DNA of 64,000 nucleotides, from assembly GCA_030248215.1 (NCBI GenBank), contig JASANG010003910.1, forward strand, positions 310,001 through 374,000. Reading direction: 5' to 3'. Shown in pieces: positions 25,162-36,823 of the stretch. The notes beneath the pieces were generated by a model. It saw nothing but the letters and a program-made list of their open reading frames with translations. It did not search any database and was not told the DNA's origin. Each line of letters opens with the position of its first letter. Within the stretch, counting starts at the first letter, position 1. This DNA comes from Enoplolaimus lenunculus (lineage: Eukaryota). Position numbers and translations under genes: made by a program.

Positions 25162-26017
25162 AATTGTTCCAACTACTTTCCAACTAACACAAACACATAA
25201 AGCTTCCGACTTTAGCCAAGGCAAGGCTACTGCTAAAAAGAAGGTAGCTAAAGTGGGTAATGTTTTTGGTTCTAATCTAGAAATAAAGAGCAATGGCAGG
25301 GCCAACTGCGGGCCGCGGGTACGAATGTTTTCGCTTTCTTGAATCCAACTTTGCGCTTACAGCCATGTCGTGAGATTACATTTCATTTATATGCGTGTAG
25401 TTCTAGTGTATTAAAATGTGTTTAGAAATAATTATAACACATCATGTAATCGAGATGGCAGTCCTGCAGACATGAGTCTTTTGCTGTATGTGCCAACATG
25501 GCTGATTATTTTTGATTTGTGGTGCATAAAGCATGTCATAGTTCTAAACCGCGAACATAATTAAGCCTCTCTTGCGGTCATAGGTATTTCTCGGGCAGAG
25601 CACTTCATAAATGATTGGAAGAACATTCGCAGGCATAGATTGGTATCACGTTGTCTTCTCTCGACAAAACTAAAGCTAGTTGTGTTGTTTTTTGGTGACT
25701 AGTTTTCTAGGTCAAGTTTTACTTGCGGGTTTCAACAAACATTACCTTTTCTTCACTTTGTTAATACATATACATAGTGGCGGGTTTCTGAAATCTTACT
25801 TAAGTATTTATTTACTTAATTTATACTTATGTAACTATTTAAATCGCCGACTTAATCAAACAGTTAACTTTTCAAGCAAAAACAAATAAACACGCCAAAT
25901 GTGAGCCATTATGACAACATACTAATAGTTTTGTTTTTTAAGAACACACCATGAGCCAACAATTTCAATTAGCTAAGGTTAGTTTGCCTGAACCGCTAAG
26001 GGAGTTTATTATTTTAG

Positions 26018-29000
26018 AACTGAAGGTGAAGGCCCAACTAACAGTGACGACCGAAGCAATGGCTCGACCGGGGATGCCGAACGATCTAGGCAGCTATTGC
26101 AGCGTTATCATCACCAGGTGGGCTGAATCACTTCAATGGATAATTTATATAACTGTATGTATTAATGTACATCTAATGCCTTGATACTTGAGCATTGTTT
26201 TCGAACTATTCTTAAGTATAAAGCAAACGCAAATAGTTTCGTACCAGGTAGTTTGCCTTGCTTACTTGTTGCCTGGAGAATTTGTATCTAAATTTATAAC
26301 TTGTATTTCATACTTTTGTAATTGTAGATAAGATTAATTATACGATTAGGTGTGAATTTTGTTAAATGTTTTTAGTTTGTTCCATACTTAAAATTTCAGT
26401 GTTACTGTCGCATGTTTCTGATTTTAGCTCCTTTTATTTGTAGATGATTTTTTCAAGTGTTTTAGATTTTGGACGGTTGCGGTTCATCGGAATGTACTAA
26501 CGAGCATTGCGCTTCTGCCACAGCGGCACGCCGTCTGCGCGGTAGCAGTGACTTGAACGGAACAACTTTAACTGCGAGTGAAGCTGCGGCAAAAGCTTTA
26601 CAGTTGTATATGGATAAAGTCCCGTGCTGTGTCAGCGCCTCACAAGTTAATGCTGTAAGAAATCTGTTTTGATTGTTAAAGATATAATGTTCATTGACTA
26701 AGTTGTGTCTCTGGGAAAATAAATTTGTAAGGATATATAGCGTTATATAATAGAGAATATTGTTTATTTCAGGCACGTTTTAATTTTCAATTCTATCTCT
26801 CAGGCTTTGTTTTCAGACCTGAAGCTTTACCCAATTTGGTTAAAATTCGGAAAAAACTTAGCCTTGAACTGCAAGCAACATTTAAGAGCTTTGATTAAAG
26901 ATGATAGTCAAACAAGTTGTAGTCAATTTACCTGACATAGCGAGCAACCAATCTGAAGTTTTAGGAGAAATAGCTAAAGAACTGGCTGTTAGGTTATTAG
27001 TTGGCAGTTATCGAATCGTTATATTCAGCTTTTTCGTTTTAGGCAGCCGATATGCATAGATCTTCTCAAGATACTAACAATAGACATGGGATGTACAGTG
27101 CTACCAATGCAAACTTATCTCGAAACAACACAAACAACGGCTCCAATAGCACCAATAGCAGCTATTCGCGACCTCGCGGTAATGGCGGCAATAATGTACG
27201 CTCATCTCGTGGTTCTAATTTGTCAAACTCAAGTGCCATTGCTTTTCTGGGCTCAGATTCAGTCCCAAGCGGCACAACTAATTTGAATCAAACGTATTAT
27301 ACTGCTAGGCATAACAGTGACTATCTTGTAAACGATGAATATCTACAGATACCAGCGAGAACTCAGCAATCATCTACTGAACCGGCTATCAGCGACGGAA
27401 GGCATTCAGGTGGAATAGGGTCGGAAAATGTTCGACTTAGCTCTTTCAGAGGTAGCGATAGTGGAGGGTCGCGCTCTACGTTCTCTTCCGGATCAAATGA
27501 ATGGGGTGCAAGAGCAAAAACTGTACGAAAACGTGTCGTTCCACAGGACGCAAACGATAAATCAAATCACGAACAATTTGGAACTAACGGTTCAAGCAGT
27601 GGGGATAAACATACTCGCGCCGATGGGACAGACGAAAACACAGATGGCAAATCTGCTGGAATGAAAGACCTTGCTTCGGACGCACGTAAAGGTTGGAGAT
27701 TACATTGAGTTGTTCGTGCCATTTTAAATTAGCAGTTTGTTATATTTTATTTACATAACATTCCGAACGTTTATAAAAATGATAAACAGGAGCGGCTGAA
27801 GCGATTTTGATAAACTTTTTTTGTTTGAAAGCCAATTATCCTGGGGTGTTAACCTCGCATTGGGGTTTTAAAATTTTAAGCCGTTTGTTAGCTCCAGGCT
27901 AAATTGCATAATTAATTAAGCCTAAATTAGGACTTTCCACAATATTTCACTAATTATTACAGTTAGAAGCAATCTAATTTTATCAGTAAAGGGTTTTTGG
28001 GTGCGAGGAATTGCGTAGACTGTTTACAAACCTCCAAAATCGTTACTTCAGCAGTTAGCTAATAGATAATTGGCATATTAGCGTAGTTTGTAAACCTAAA
28101 TTAGGACTTTTTACAATATTTCACTAATTATTAAGGTTAAAAGCAATATAATTTCAGCACTAAAGAGTTTTTAAGTGCGTTGAATTTGAATAAATTGTTT
28201 ACAAACATCCAAAACCAATAATTGAATAGTTAGCTAATAGCTAATTTGCATATTAGCTTAATTGACAAGACAAAATTAGGACTTTTTAAATTATTCCAAT
28301 AATTATTAGGGTGGCTGAAGGGTTTTTGGGTGCGAGTAATCTGAGGAAATTGCTTAAAAACCTCCAAAACCGATAAATGAATAGTTAGCTAATAACTAAT
28401 TTGCATATTACCTTAATTGCTTACGTGTGTTCGATCTTCGCTCAATAAATGTAGTCCCACCACGACTGGTTGTCTATGTGTCTATGTTGTCCCTTCGTAT
28501 AATTAGATTCGCGTATAAGCATTGATTGTTTAGTTAATTTTTTTAGTGTATGTCTTTTTAGACGAAGGTTTCTTGGCGGATTCTCCATCCCCTCCTGTAA
28601 AGTTCTTAACTGAAGACAGCGTAATGGGATTAATCGATAAATGCACTGTGTCCGGTGATTTTGCTCCTATACGTAGACTAATCGGCGAGGTCTTTTGTAG
28701 TCCAGAAAGTCTTATTCAGAGCTTTCGGTATGTGTTACAGAAGTAAGAAAACACAGTACACACGTATATGGTCTTTGAAGAGATCTGCCATCATCTGGCA
28801 TACATAACTTAATTTTGAAAGTTTTATGATTTATACATACATTTATTAATTTTTTCTTGGCTTAATGGATATGCAAAAAGAAGTCCGTTGCAGCAGCACA
28901 CATCGACATTGGTAGGGCGTTATATTTTGCTTCTTGACGTTAAGAATTGAAATGTGTTTTGTAGCTGTATTAAAACTGTTTGAACTTGTTTGCTGTAAAA

Positions 29001-32000
29001 ATGCTGAAATAGGGGAACACAGAAGTCTTGTACGCATCACTTTCAATAAGATTAATAATTTATTGTATTTGATTTTTAAGAAAACCAAAAAACGACTGTA
29101 ATCAAATGTTTTTATCACGCGATAACGATAAAGATGTTGATGAACGTTGCAATAGTGACATTGTGTCGCATGAAAGTAGCAAAAATGCGCAAATTGATGC
29201 CACAAACTCAATATTAAACCGTACATCTCGTTCACAAAGCAGTAGTACTAAGAATCGCAGTTTAGAATCAAAAACGATTAGCGTATCAATTGATATGGCA
29301 GCTGTTCGTCGTACCGTTGGCGCGTTATTTGCAATACCGGGTCAACCGTTTGCACATGCGCTCGCAAATGCTGCGCTATATTTAAGCGAAAACTCAGAGC
29401 TTGATCTTAAATATCAGTCGGCGTACCAACGAAATTCGGACTATTTGAATATTTTCGTGATATTGATGGAATTGCCTATTTTGGAAGCTTCTGAATACTT
29501 TAGCACTGCGTTTCCAACGTTTGTTAAAGCACTAGCTCAGTTACCACTGCATGGTGCGGCACGGTTGGTACGGTTGTGGGCTCAAGATCCCATGAATGTG
29601 CTGCTTGCCAAGCTACACGCTGCACAACATTTGCTTACTATGACCATTGCGACATCGAATTTCAGTCGACATTCGCCAATGCAAGAAAATGCAATTGTTA
29701 TTGCAGCTGCAAAATTGCTTCGTATCATTTATTACGCTTCTGTTTATAGTACAGTGGCGAAAGAACGCAATACAGAACTGAAATATGCAGATTTAGGATT
29801 ACTTAAAGACGATACGGTCGAAACTGCTGACACGAACGGTGATAGTTTTGCATTTTTCCCTTGGCGGACATCTGGTTCAGGAAATGACGCAGCTAGTTCG
29901 CCAGCGTTTCCTAGGTTCACAAGTCACGACTTTTATGACAGCGAAGATGACGGTGATGATATAGGAGACGATACTACATATGATTTTGCAGATTCAGACC
30001 AGCGGAGTAGAGAATTCGATGGTAAGTATTTTGAAATTTTTAGTATTGATAAATTTTTGTGTTGAGATAGTTAAATATTAGTGAAAATTTCAAATGGCTG
30101 TATTATTTTGAAATTTAAAAATAAGTTTAGCATGTTTTCTAAGTACTTTAAAGTTTAGCATTGACTTACTATATTGTGTGCCAGGTACATATAGTTGTCA
30201 AAATTTGTGTTCAACGAATAGTTAAAATTAGTCACTGTTAAGTGGTTCTGAGATATGTTTATGTTTCGGATTTTGGCAATTTCTTATTAAGGTTGCTAGT
30301 TTCGGTTTTAACAACACAGTATACAATGTACGCAGAAACTGTTGATAACGCATGATTTATAGGTATTGTTGAAGTTAATTACTTTACTTGGTAAAAAGGT
30401 TCAGGTGATGTACAACAGCTCTGTACAACAGTAGTCTGTATTTATTGAAGATAAATATGCGTAAACTAGTAAAAATATGAAGCCAATTTGTAAGTGTTCT
30501 ACGTTTGAAGGTACTTGATATTTTTTAAATATTTATACTTAAGAGTCAGAGTTCAATGTTCTTGCGCCTTCTACGTCTACAGCATCAGCCGCCGCAACAG
30601 GTGGGGGCAATCGAAGACGTAACAATCATTCGCAGTCTAGCGGAGGCCCCGATAGTAGCCGGACTGGAAAAACCAATGGTGCTGACTCTAATAGCACTAA
30701 ACGTCGAAAAGGGCGGCGTTCAATGGACCAACTTGGTTCGTTTCTTGGCATCGCAGCTGGTGATATACGCGGGTCAACGATACCGTTTGAAGAATTCTAT
30801 AATGAAATTTTGTCTGAAAGCGTGGATATGGAAACCGATTACGTCAATTATAAAGTAATTATTAATGGATTTTAGGCAGGCAGCAAACGGACACCTGTCC
30901 CGGTAGAAATTCACTATTTAGCTCCGGCGTCCGAATTAATATCCGGCCGATCCCTATTTCTGGGTAAGGTACCTTTAAATCGGAATACAGACTACGATGT
31001 CAGCAATTGTGTTGTGTACTGTTGTTGGTCAGAGTTGGTTCGCAGGTTTCCCTGAACATTCATGTTTATGCAGAACTTCTTAAACAGCAAACTAGCGGAG
31101 CAAAATTTGAATTAATCCAATATTTTTTTGTGTTGCACAACTGTTCAAGTTTGGGTCGACGCTGCCGCAACTGAAAGGCACAAAAAATGTTCAACTTTAG
31201 AGCACCTCTGTCTCAAATATTTATTGATACTTAATTATTTTTAGTCTTATTCTGTTGATTACGATAAATTGTTGGTTTGCTGAAAACTGGATATGATAAT
31301 GGTGAAATTGACTTTAGGAAGTTTGTAAGGCATCCTTGGCTTGCGAGTCCCAGTGGTTTGGAAGTGATGTGATGAGTTAAATTTACTGTGAAGCTAGAGC
31401 TGATATTCTGAAAACACAAAAAACAATGAAAAAATAAACTGCGAAAACGGCATTAGAAAATTTTTTTCCGTGATGGCCAAAATTTAATCGAGAACGAGAT
31501 TTTCATTGCTGGTCTCGGTAGTCAGCTTTCGATGTCGATTTTCAACTTAAACCCACCGTCTATGGTCTGTGTTAAGGTTAAGAGATTTGTGTATGGAAAT
31601 ATGCTTATGCATGTGATTAACTGATTTATTTTAATTTTAGTCTCAAATTGACGAAAAATTTTCGTTTCTTCGTTGTGCGCCGTTTTTGCTCACTGTTGGC
31701 TGTAAGGTTCAAGGACTGTGGTATGACAATCGCATTCGCATGTTTTCCGAACGTCGAACCGCTGTGTTGAATTCACTAATTGAAGGTGCCCCACATCAGC
31801 CGTATTTAAAAATACACGTGCGTCGAGACAGTGTTGTACAAGATGCATTGTTTGAGGTTTGTTCTTTTGTGTTGGGTGAAATATTAAATACAAGTTGCCA
31901 GTTATATCAAAAGCCATAAACATGCTTTTGCGCTTCTCATTTTCAGTTGCCCTAGTTGGGCATATTTTCTAGTACGTATTTTGAGCATTCCAGTTTTAGC

Positions 32001-35000
32001 AATATAAATAGATATATACGTACTTAGACATCTCACAAGCAGTCTTTATTTACCTTGCGACGGTATAAACAGCAAAAATATTAGTTGTAAAATTAATGTG
32101 TCCTGCGCTTGTGATTCATGTGTTTGGTTTTCATTTTGTTTCTTTCCTAGAGTAGGGGCGGAAACCTGATACTGGCTATGGGTTCATTTGCCTTTTTGGG
32201 GTAGTTCGTGCTTGTTATTAGATGGGGAAGAACGGAGATGGTTGGATCGTTCTGATGGATTAAACATCAATTTATTACCTCTTTTGGTTACGTTTATGTT
32301 CCCGTAATAAATGAGTTACATTGAGCCTGGTTCAAACTAAGCCTGCTAGTTTGTAATAATAGAACTCCGCTTTTATTTGCTGCGGCCATCTACATCAAAA
32401 AAACTGTAAGCTTAGCTCTTTCCAACCTCATATTCCCCTTTACTTTTAGCTCCTATATTTAAGTTCTAGTAGCCGTGGCCACACTCGCCGCAGCATCATA
32501 ATATGGGAATTTTATCGACATACTATGTCCTCTCAGATATGGTTTGATTTTAGCTCGAGCTAATCGCAGCCGAAGCTCCGTCCGACCTAAAAAAGCAGCT
32601 GTACGTCGAATTTGAGGGCGAAGCTGGTGTTGATGAAGGCGGATTGTCGAAAGAATTTTATCAAATGGTCACAGAGCACTTATTTAATCCGGATTATGGT
32701 AGGTCAATAAGTTCTGAATATGGAAGTTTAAATGTAGTGTTTGACCGCTCGCTTTCGGGTTTTAATTCTACGGTCAAACCAACGGTTTCTTTTTTCTTGT
32801 GAGTGATGCAAGTGTTATTAAATTGCCTTAGTTTCGAGCTCAGGCTGCCAGCCACACTGCAGTTAGTGTTTTGTTACACAATGTCTATCATAATTTGTTT
32901 GGAATAAGAGTTTGGATTGGTAACCGCGTGTCCGAGCGTTTAATCTTATATGGATGGTTTGCCGCATTAAGCAGTTGAACGACAGCATCGATCGAGTTAT
33001 GATATTATTGCAGTTTTCTACTGCTTCATGCAGTTCTGCATAGATTATATTGTGAATAGTAAATTAGCCTAAAATGAAGTTAAACCGTGTATTAAAACTA
33101 AGCCTTAAAGTGAATGGGGGGAAAGTGTACAGGAGGTGTTATGTATGATTATGTATTTGTGTTAATTTGCAAACAAATACTTGTGATTTGAAGGTATGTG
33201 GGTGTATTACGAAACGTCTCAACTCTACTGGTTTAGTCCACAGCGTATTGTACCTCGTGGCGAATACAACCTTGTCGGACTTCTATTTGGGCTAGCGATA
33301 TACAACAGCATCATCTTTGATGTCAAATTTCCTATGGTGCTGTACAGAAAATTGGCTGGAAAACGTGGAATTTTGTCGGACCTCAGTGATGTCGATCCAG
33401 TATGGTTATACGATACGCAATAGTGACACGGGCATAGCAAGGGGTTGTCCAGAGGTTTTTATAAACTTTTCAGTTGGTAACAGAGCAAAAAAGCAAAAAT
33501 CTAGTGCAAGCCTGATAGTTTTGATAGTCATGGTAGGATAGTTTTAATAGTCGTGATACATGGCACCTTTTGAAGAGTAAATGTTTATATCATGTCCTGT
33601 AATGTTTGCGGCACTTTCCATGTCGATTTTGTAGTGGGTTCATGTTTTATTATGTTGCATAGTAAATACTCACGAATTTTACATTTATTTTATGAGACCC
33701 GTGAAATATAGTTACACCAATCACACGATTAACGTGTTAAGCTAAAATTGTTTTTATATAATTATGGTTATTAATATATGTAATTAATATAGGTGTTGTA
33801 CAGTAGCCTCATGGACGTTCTTTCATACGAAAACGACGATGTAGAAGATGTGTTTTGCCTAACGCATCGAGTTTCGTATCGGGATGTATTTGGTCACATT
33901 CAGACTCATGACCTTAAAGAGGGTGGCGAAGATATTCCGGTCACAAAGGATAATCGTGAAGTAATCACCAGAGCGGTTTTAAATGATTTTATTTTGCAGA
34001 AAATTGTTGTGTTTTGTTCATCGTAAACAAGTTGTACACTTCACGACAGATTTCGAATTTTTTAGATTATGGCGTCTTAGGGATAGGGTTAACAGGGATG
34101 GGAGTCTCGGTCTCGGCAAGTCTCGGTATTTAACATGTCTCGGCATTGCTGTTTTGAGTCTCGGTGGTTTGGAACCGATACCAGAAATCTAGGATTCAGC
34201 AAATGTATGACTGTATTGCTGAAGTAAGTGATGACACATGAATATAATTTTTCTGTAAAATTATGAAATTTTGGTACCTGCTCCGGACCCGGCTCCGGCA
34301 CCGGTAAAATTTTTGCATCAAAATGTACCATTTTAAACTTGTATACCGATCTGGTATCTTGCATTTTATTTTTATATTTTTGTAAGTCACGGTTGCAATG
34401 TAGTGATGGGACCAGAACAAGAGCAGTGAGCACTTGTCTGTGACCATTTTGTAACCATATCGTATGAATAGATTTCAAGTTCGGCCGATTTTGATTTTAT
34501 TCATTAATAGTTTTTAACCAAACTGTGTTCGTTTTAAAATTTCCAGGAATTTGCTACATTGTACGCGGATTTTCTACTTAATGTGGTTGTCCAAGAACAG
34601 TTTGAATCTTTTCGTAAAGGTTTCGCTATGGTGACTAGCGAGAGTCCTCTGCAGTGGCTATTTCGTCCAGAAGAAGTGGAGCAGCTAGTATGCGGAAGCC
34701 CGGTTAGTACAACGTCAGTCGTGAATAGGTGCAGTGGCAGCCTCTGATCTGTTGTCGTAGACGGACCAGAAGCTTAGCCCTTCGGAAAAAATTTGGTCCT
34801 TCACTAATAAAGTGTCGTCTCACATAAAAGTCTTGTGAAATCATCCGCTTGTTCTTCCTAAATTAGTATCGACCGCAGCATGTTGAGCAGGTACGAGCAT
34901 GTTCAACTTTGTTTTTCGTTTGAACTTACTACATATAAACAGTACATAGTCAACCGTAAGAAAACGTTTGCAATTCGAGAGTATTTTAGCATTTGGATTT

Positions 35001-36314
35001 CAACGCTTTGGAAAGCGCAACCAGTTACGATAATGGATTTGATTCCGATCATCAAGTTATAAAGTAAAATTTTTCTCTAATTTGTTTCTAACTTTAAATA
35101 TCTCAGCCTAACTTTTGACGGTTTATTTTTCCGCAACAAAGAAACTATAGTTCGATCGCATTTTCTTAAATATCATTGTAATCGTTCCTTAGTTTGTATG
35201 CAATACTTATAGTGATTCTCAATAGCCTCCATACTCTATTTCCCGTGTTTGTCGCAATCTCTGTTTCTCTATCTATTAACAAGCTCGGTGATTAAATAAA
35301 ACTATTTTAGATGGTTCTGGGAAATTGTTCACGCGATGTCCGAAGACGAAAAACGACATCTGTTGCAGTTTTCTACAGGAAGTGATCGCGTACCTGTGGG
35401 CGGGTTGGCAAATATGAAGTTTATAATCGCTCGGAACGGATCAGATTCGGACAGGTTGGTTTTTGCCCCCATGTATAGCTGAAAGGCAGGCAGTTTTTCT
35501 CGGGACTGCAGTAGAGTATAAGCTTAAGCTCTTGCCGCGTTTACAAGCGATCGAAAATTTACTACTAGTACTATTACTAGTACTGCAACGCAACTGCGGC
35601 GGCGGTCACAGTTTTTGTCACAGTAAAAGCGAAGAGTTTACATCATTGGGGCGATCGATAAAGTCGCGGTTTCTGAAGCAGGGTGCGACCGAAAACGGAT
35701 ACGGATAGTGAATTTTATACGTCAACTGAAACTGAATATTCACCGTTGGAGCATCTAACTTGTGCATTGTTTGAATTATTTAAGTCACGCGAAGTATATG
35801 TTTAGTGATATTGGAATTAATTGTTTGTTTTAATTCATAAGTTTTACTTCAGTGTATCAAAACTTTATCTTGTTGATTTGCCCATAAATGTAATCACAGT
35901 AAGATGTTAGATACGCTTACTTGCAAAAGTAGTTTTTTGAAATGTGTGCTTACCACTGTAAATATATGCCATCGGTCCTATATGTTTATGCCGCATAAAG
36001 GAACCGTATACTGATAACCGGCTTTTCTCGGACATTAAACCGTATCCGGATATCCGGTCGGTCGCATTCTGTTCGAAAGCGGTCGTGATTCACTTAACTC
36101 TGTCCGCGACTGTACTTTATTTAAATAGGAGTATTGCTTAAGGCGTGTATCATTCCAAATAATATTATGTAACATTTGTGGTTTCTGTTACAGGCTTCCT
36201 ACTGCTCATACGTGCTTCAATATCCTTCTGGTTCCTGAATATTCGTCAAAAGAGAAGCTTAAAGATCGACTGTTGAAAGCAATATTCAATTCTAAAGGAT
36301 TTGGTCTCATGTGA
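26018..36314 (+). CDS. UBE3A: Ubiquitin-protein ligase E3A (E6AP), HECT E3 ligase; start exon not fixed
   Basis: Phase-consistent exons 26018-26117, 26466-26654 ([26 protein letters not shown]...KALQLY...CC), 27043-27691, 28562-28727, 29081-30021, 30544-30854 (IPFEEFYNE), 31641-31856 ([12 protein letters not shown]), 32554-32698 ([20 protein letters not shown]), 33194-33399, 33793-33960, 34547-34702, 34990-35063, 35311-35454, 36194-36314 ([10 protein letters not shown]...KGFGLM*, catalytic Cys). Candidate phase-2 start exon 25472-25485 (ATGAGTCTTTTGCT|GTATGT) is speculative. Confidence 0.95.
27921..28420. repeat. ~174-bp tandem repeat, ~3 copies, UBE3A intron
   Basis: (CC)TAAATTAGGACTTT recurs at 27921, 28095, ~28270; third copy has a deletion. 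Confidence 0.8.
35679..36071. mobile_element. hAT-like MITE in last UBE3A intron
   Basis: CAGGGTGCGACCGA...TCGGTCGCATTCTG; TSD TTCTGAAG/TTCGAAAG. Confidence 0.7.
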
Positions 36315-36817
36315 TTGCGGCATAAATGTATCTTCTGTACGCTTATATTTGAGTTTTTCACCCCCGAATGTTGCTTGTTTCACTGATGCCAGTATTTGGA
36401 GATAAAGGTCATTGATATTTTTTATGTATTTTTTACCTTGTGTAGTAACCCATCATTTTCTGTATATATGATTCGCCCGGTTTATACATTAACAACACTA
36501 TAATATACGTTTTGTGGCACTATACTGTACTACATTATGCTTCATTAAAATTTTAGTTACCGCAAGTACTATCTGCGTGAAATAGCCAAAGAAATTTTTG
36601 GAATACTGCATTAAGGCGGTGCTATGCTTTTTCACAGTTCTATTGCCATCCGCCATCATTCTTCACTGTGCATCGTCAGGCGCGAATTACCACCCGGTGC
36701 CGTATGTCAATTCGTGTCCCACGCCTCACCATGACAAACGGTACCACACAATAAGTATAGCGTTACACTAAAGGACAGCATTGAAGGAATTTGTACTATG
36801 TTTGCATGTCGTGTTTC

Positions 36818-36823
36818 AATAAA
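36818..36823 (+). terminator. Candidate polyadenylation signal of UBE3A
   Basis: AATAAA ~500 nt after the stop, followed by GT-rich sequence. Confidence 0.4.

Noticed and set aside
25951..26184. ORF MSQQFQLAK as the UBE3A start
   Set aside because: Its phase-0 donor joined to 26018 gives an immediate TGA; the AZUL helix is in another frame.
30556..30858. 100-aa ORF as a separate gene
   Set aside because: Wrong frame of UBE3A exon 30544-30854.
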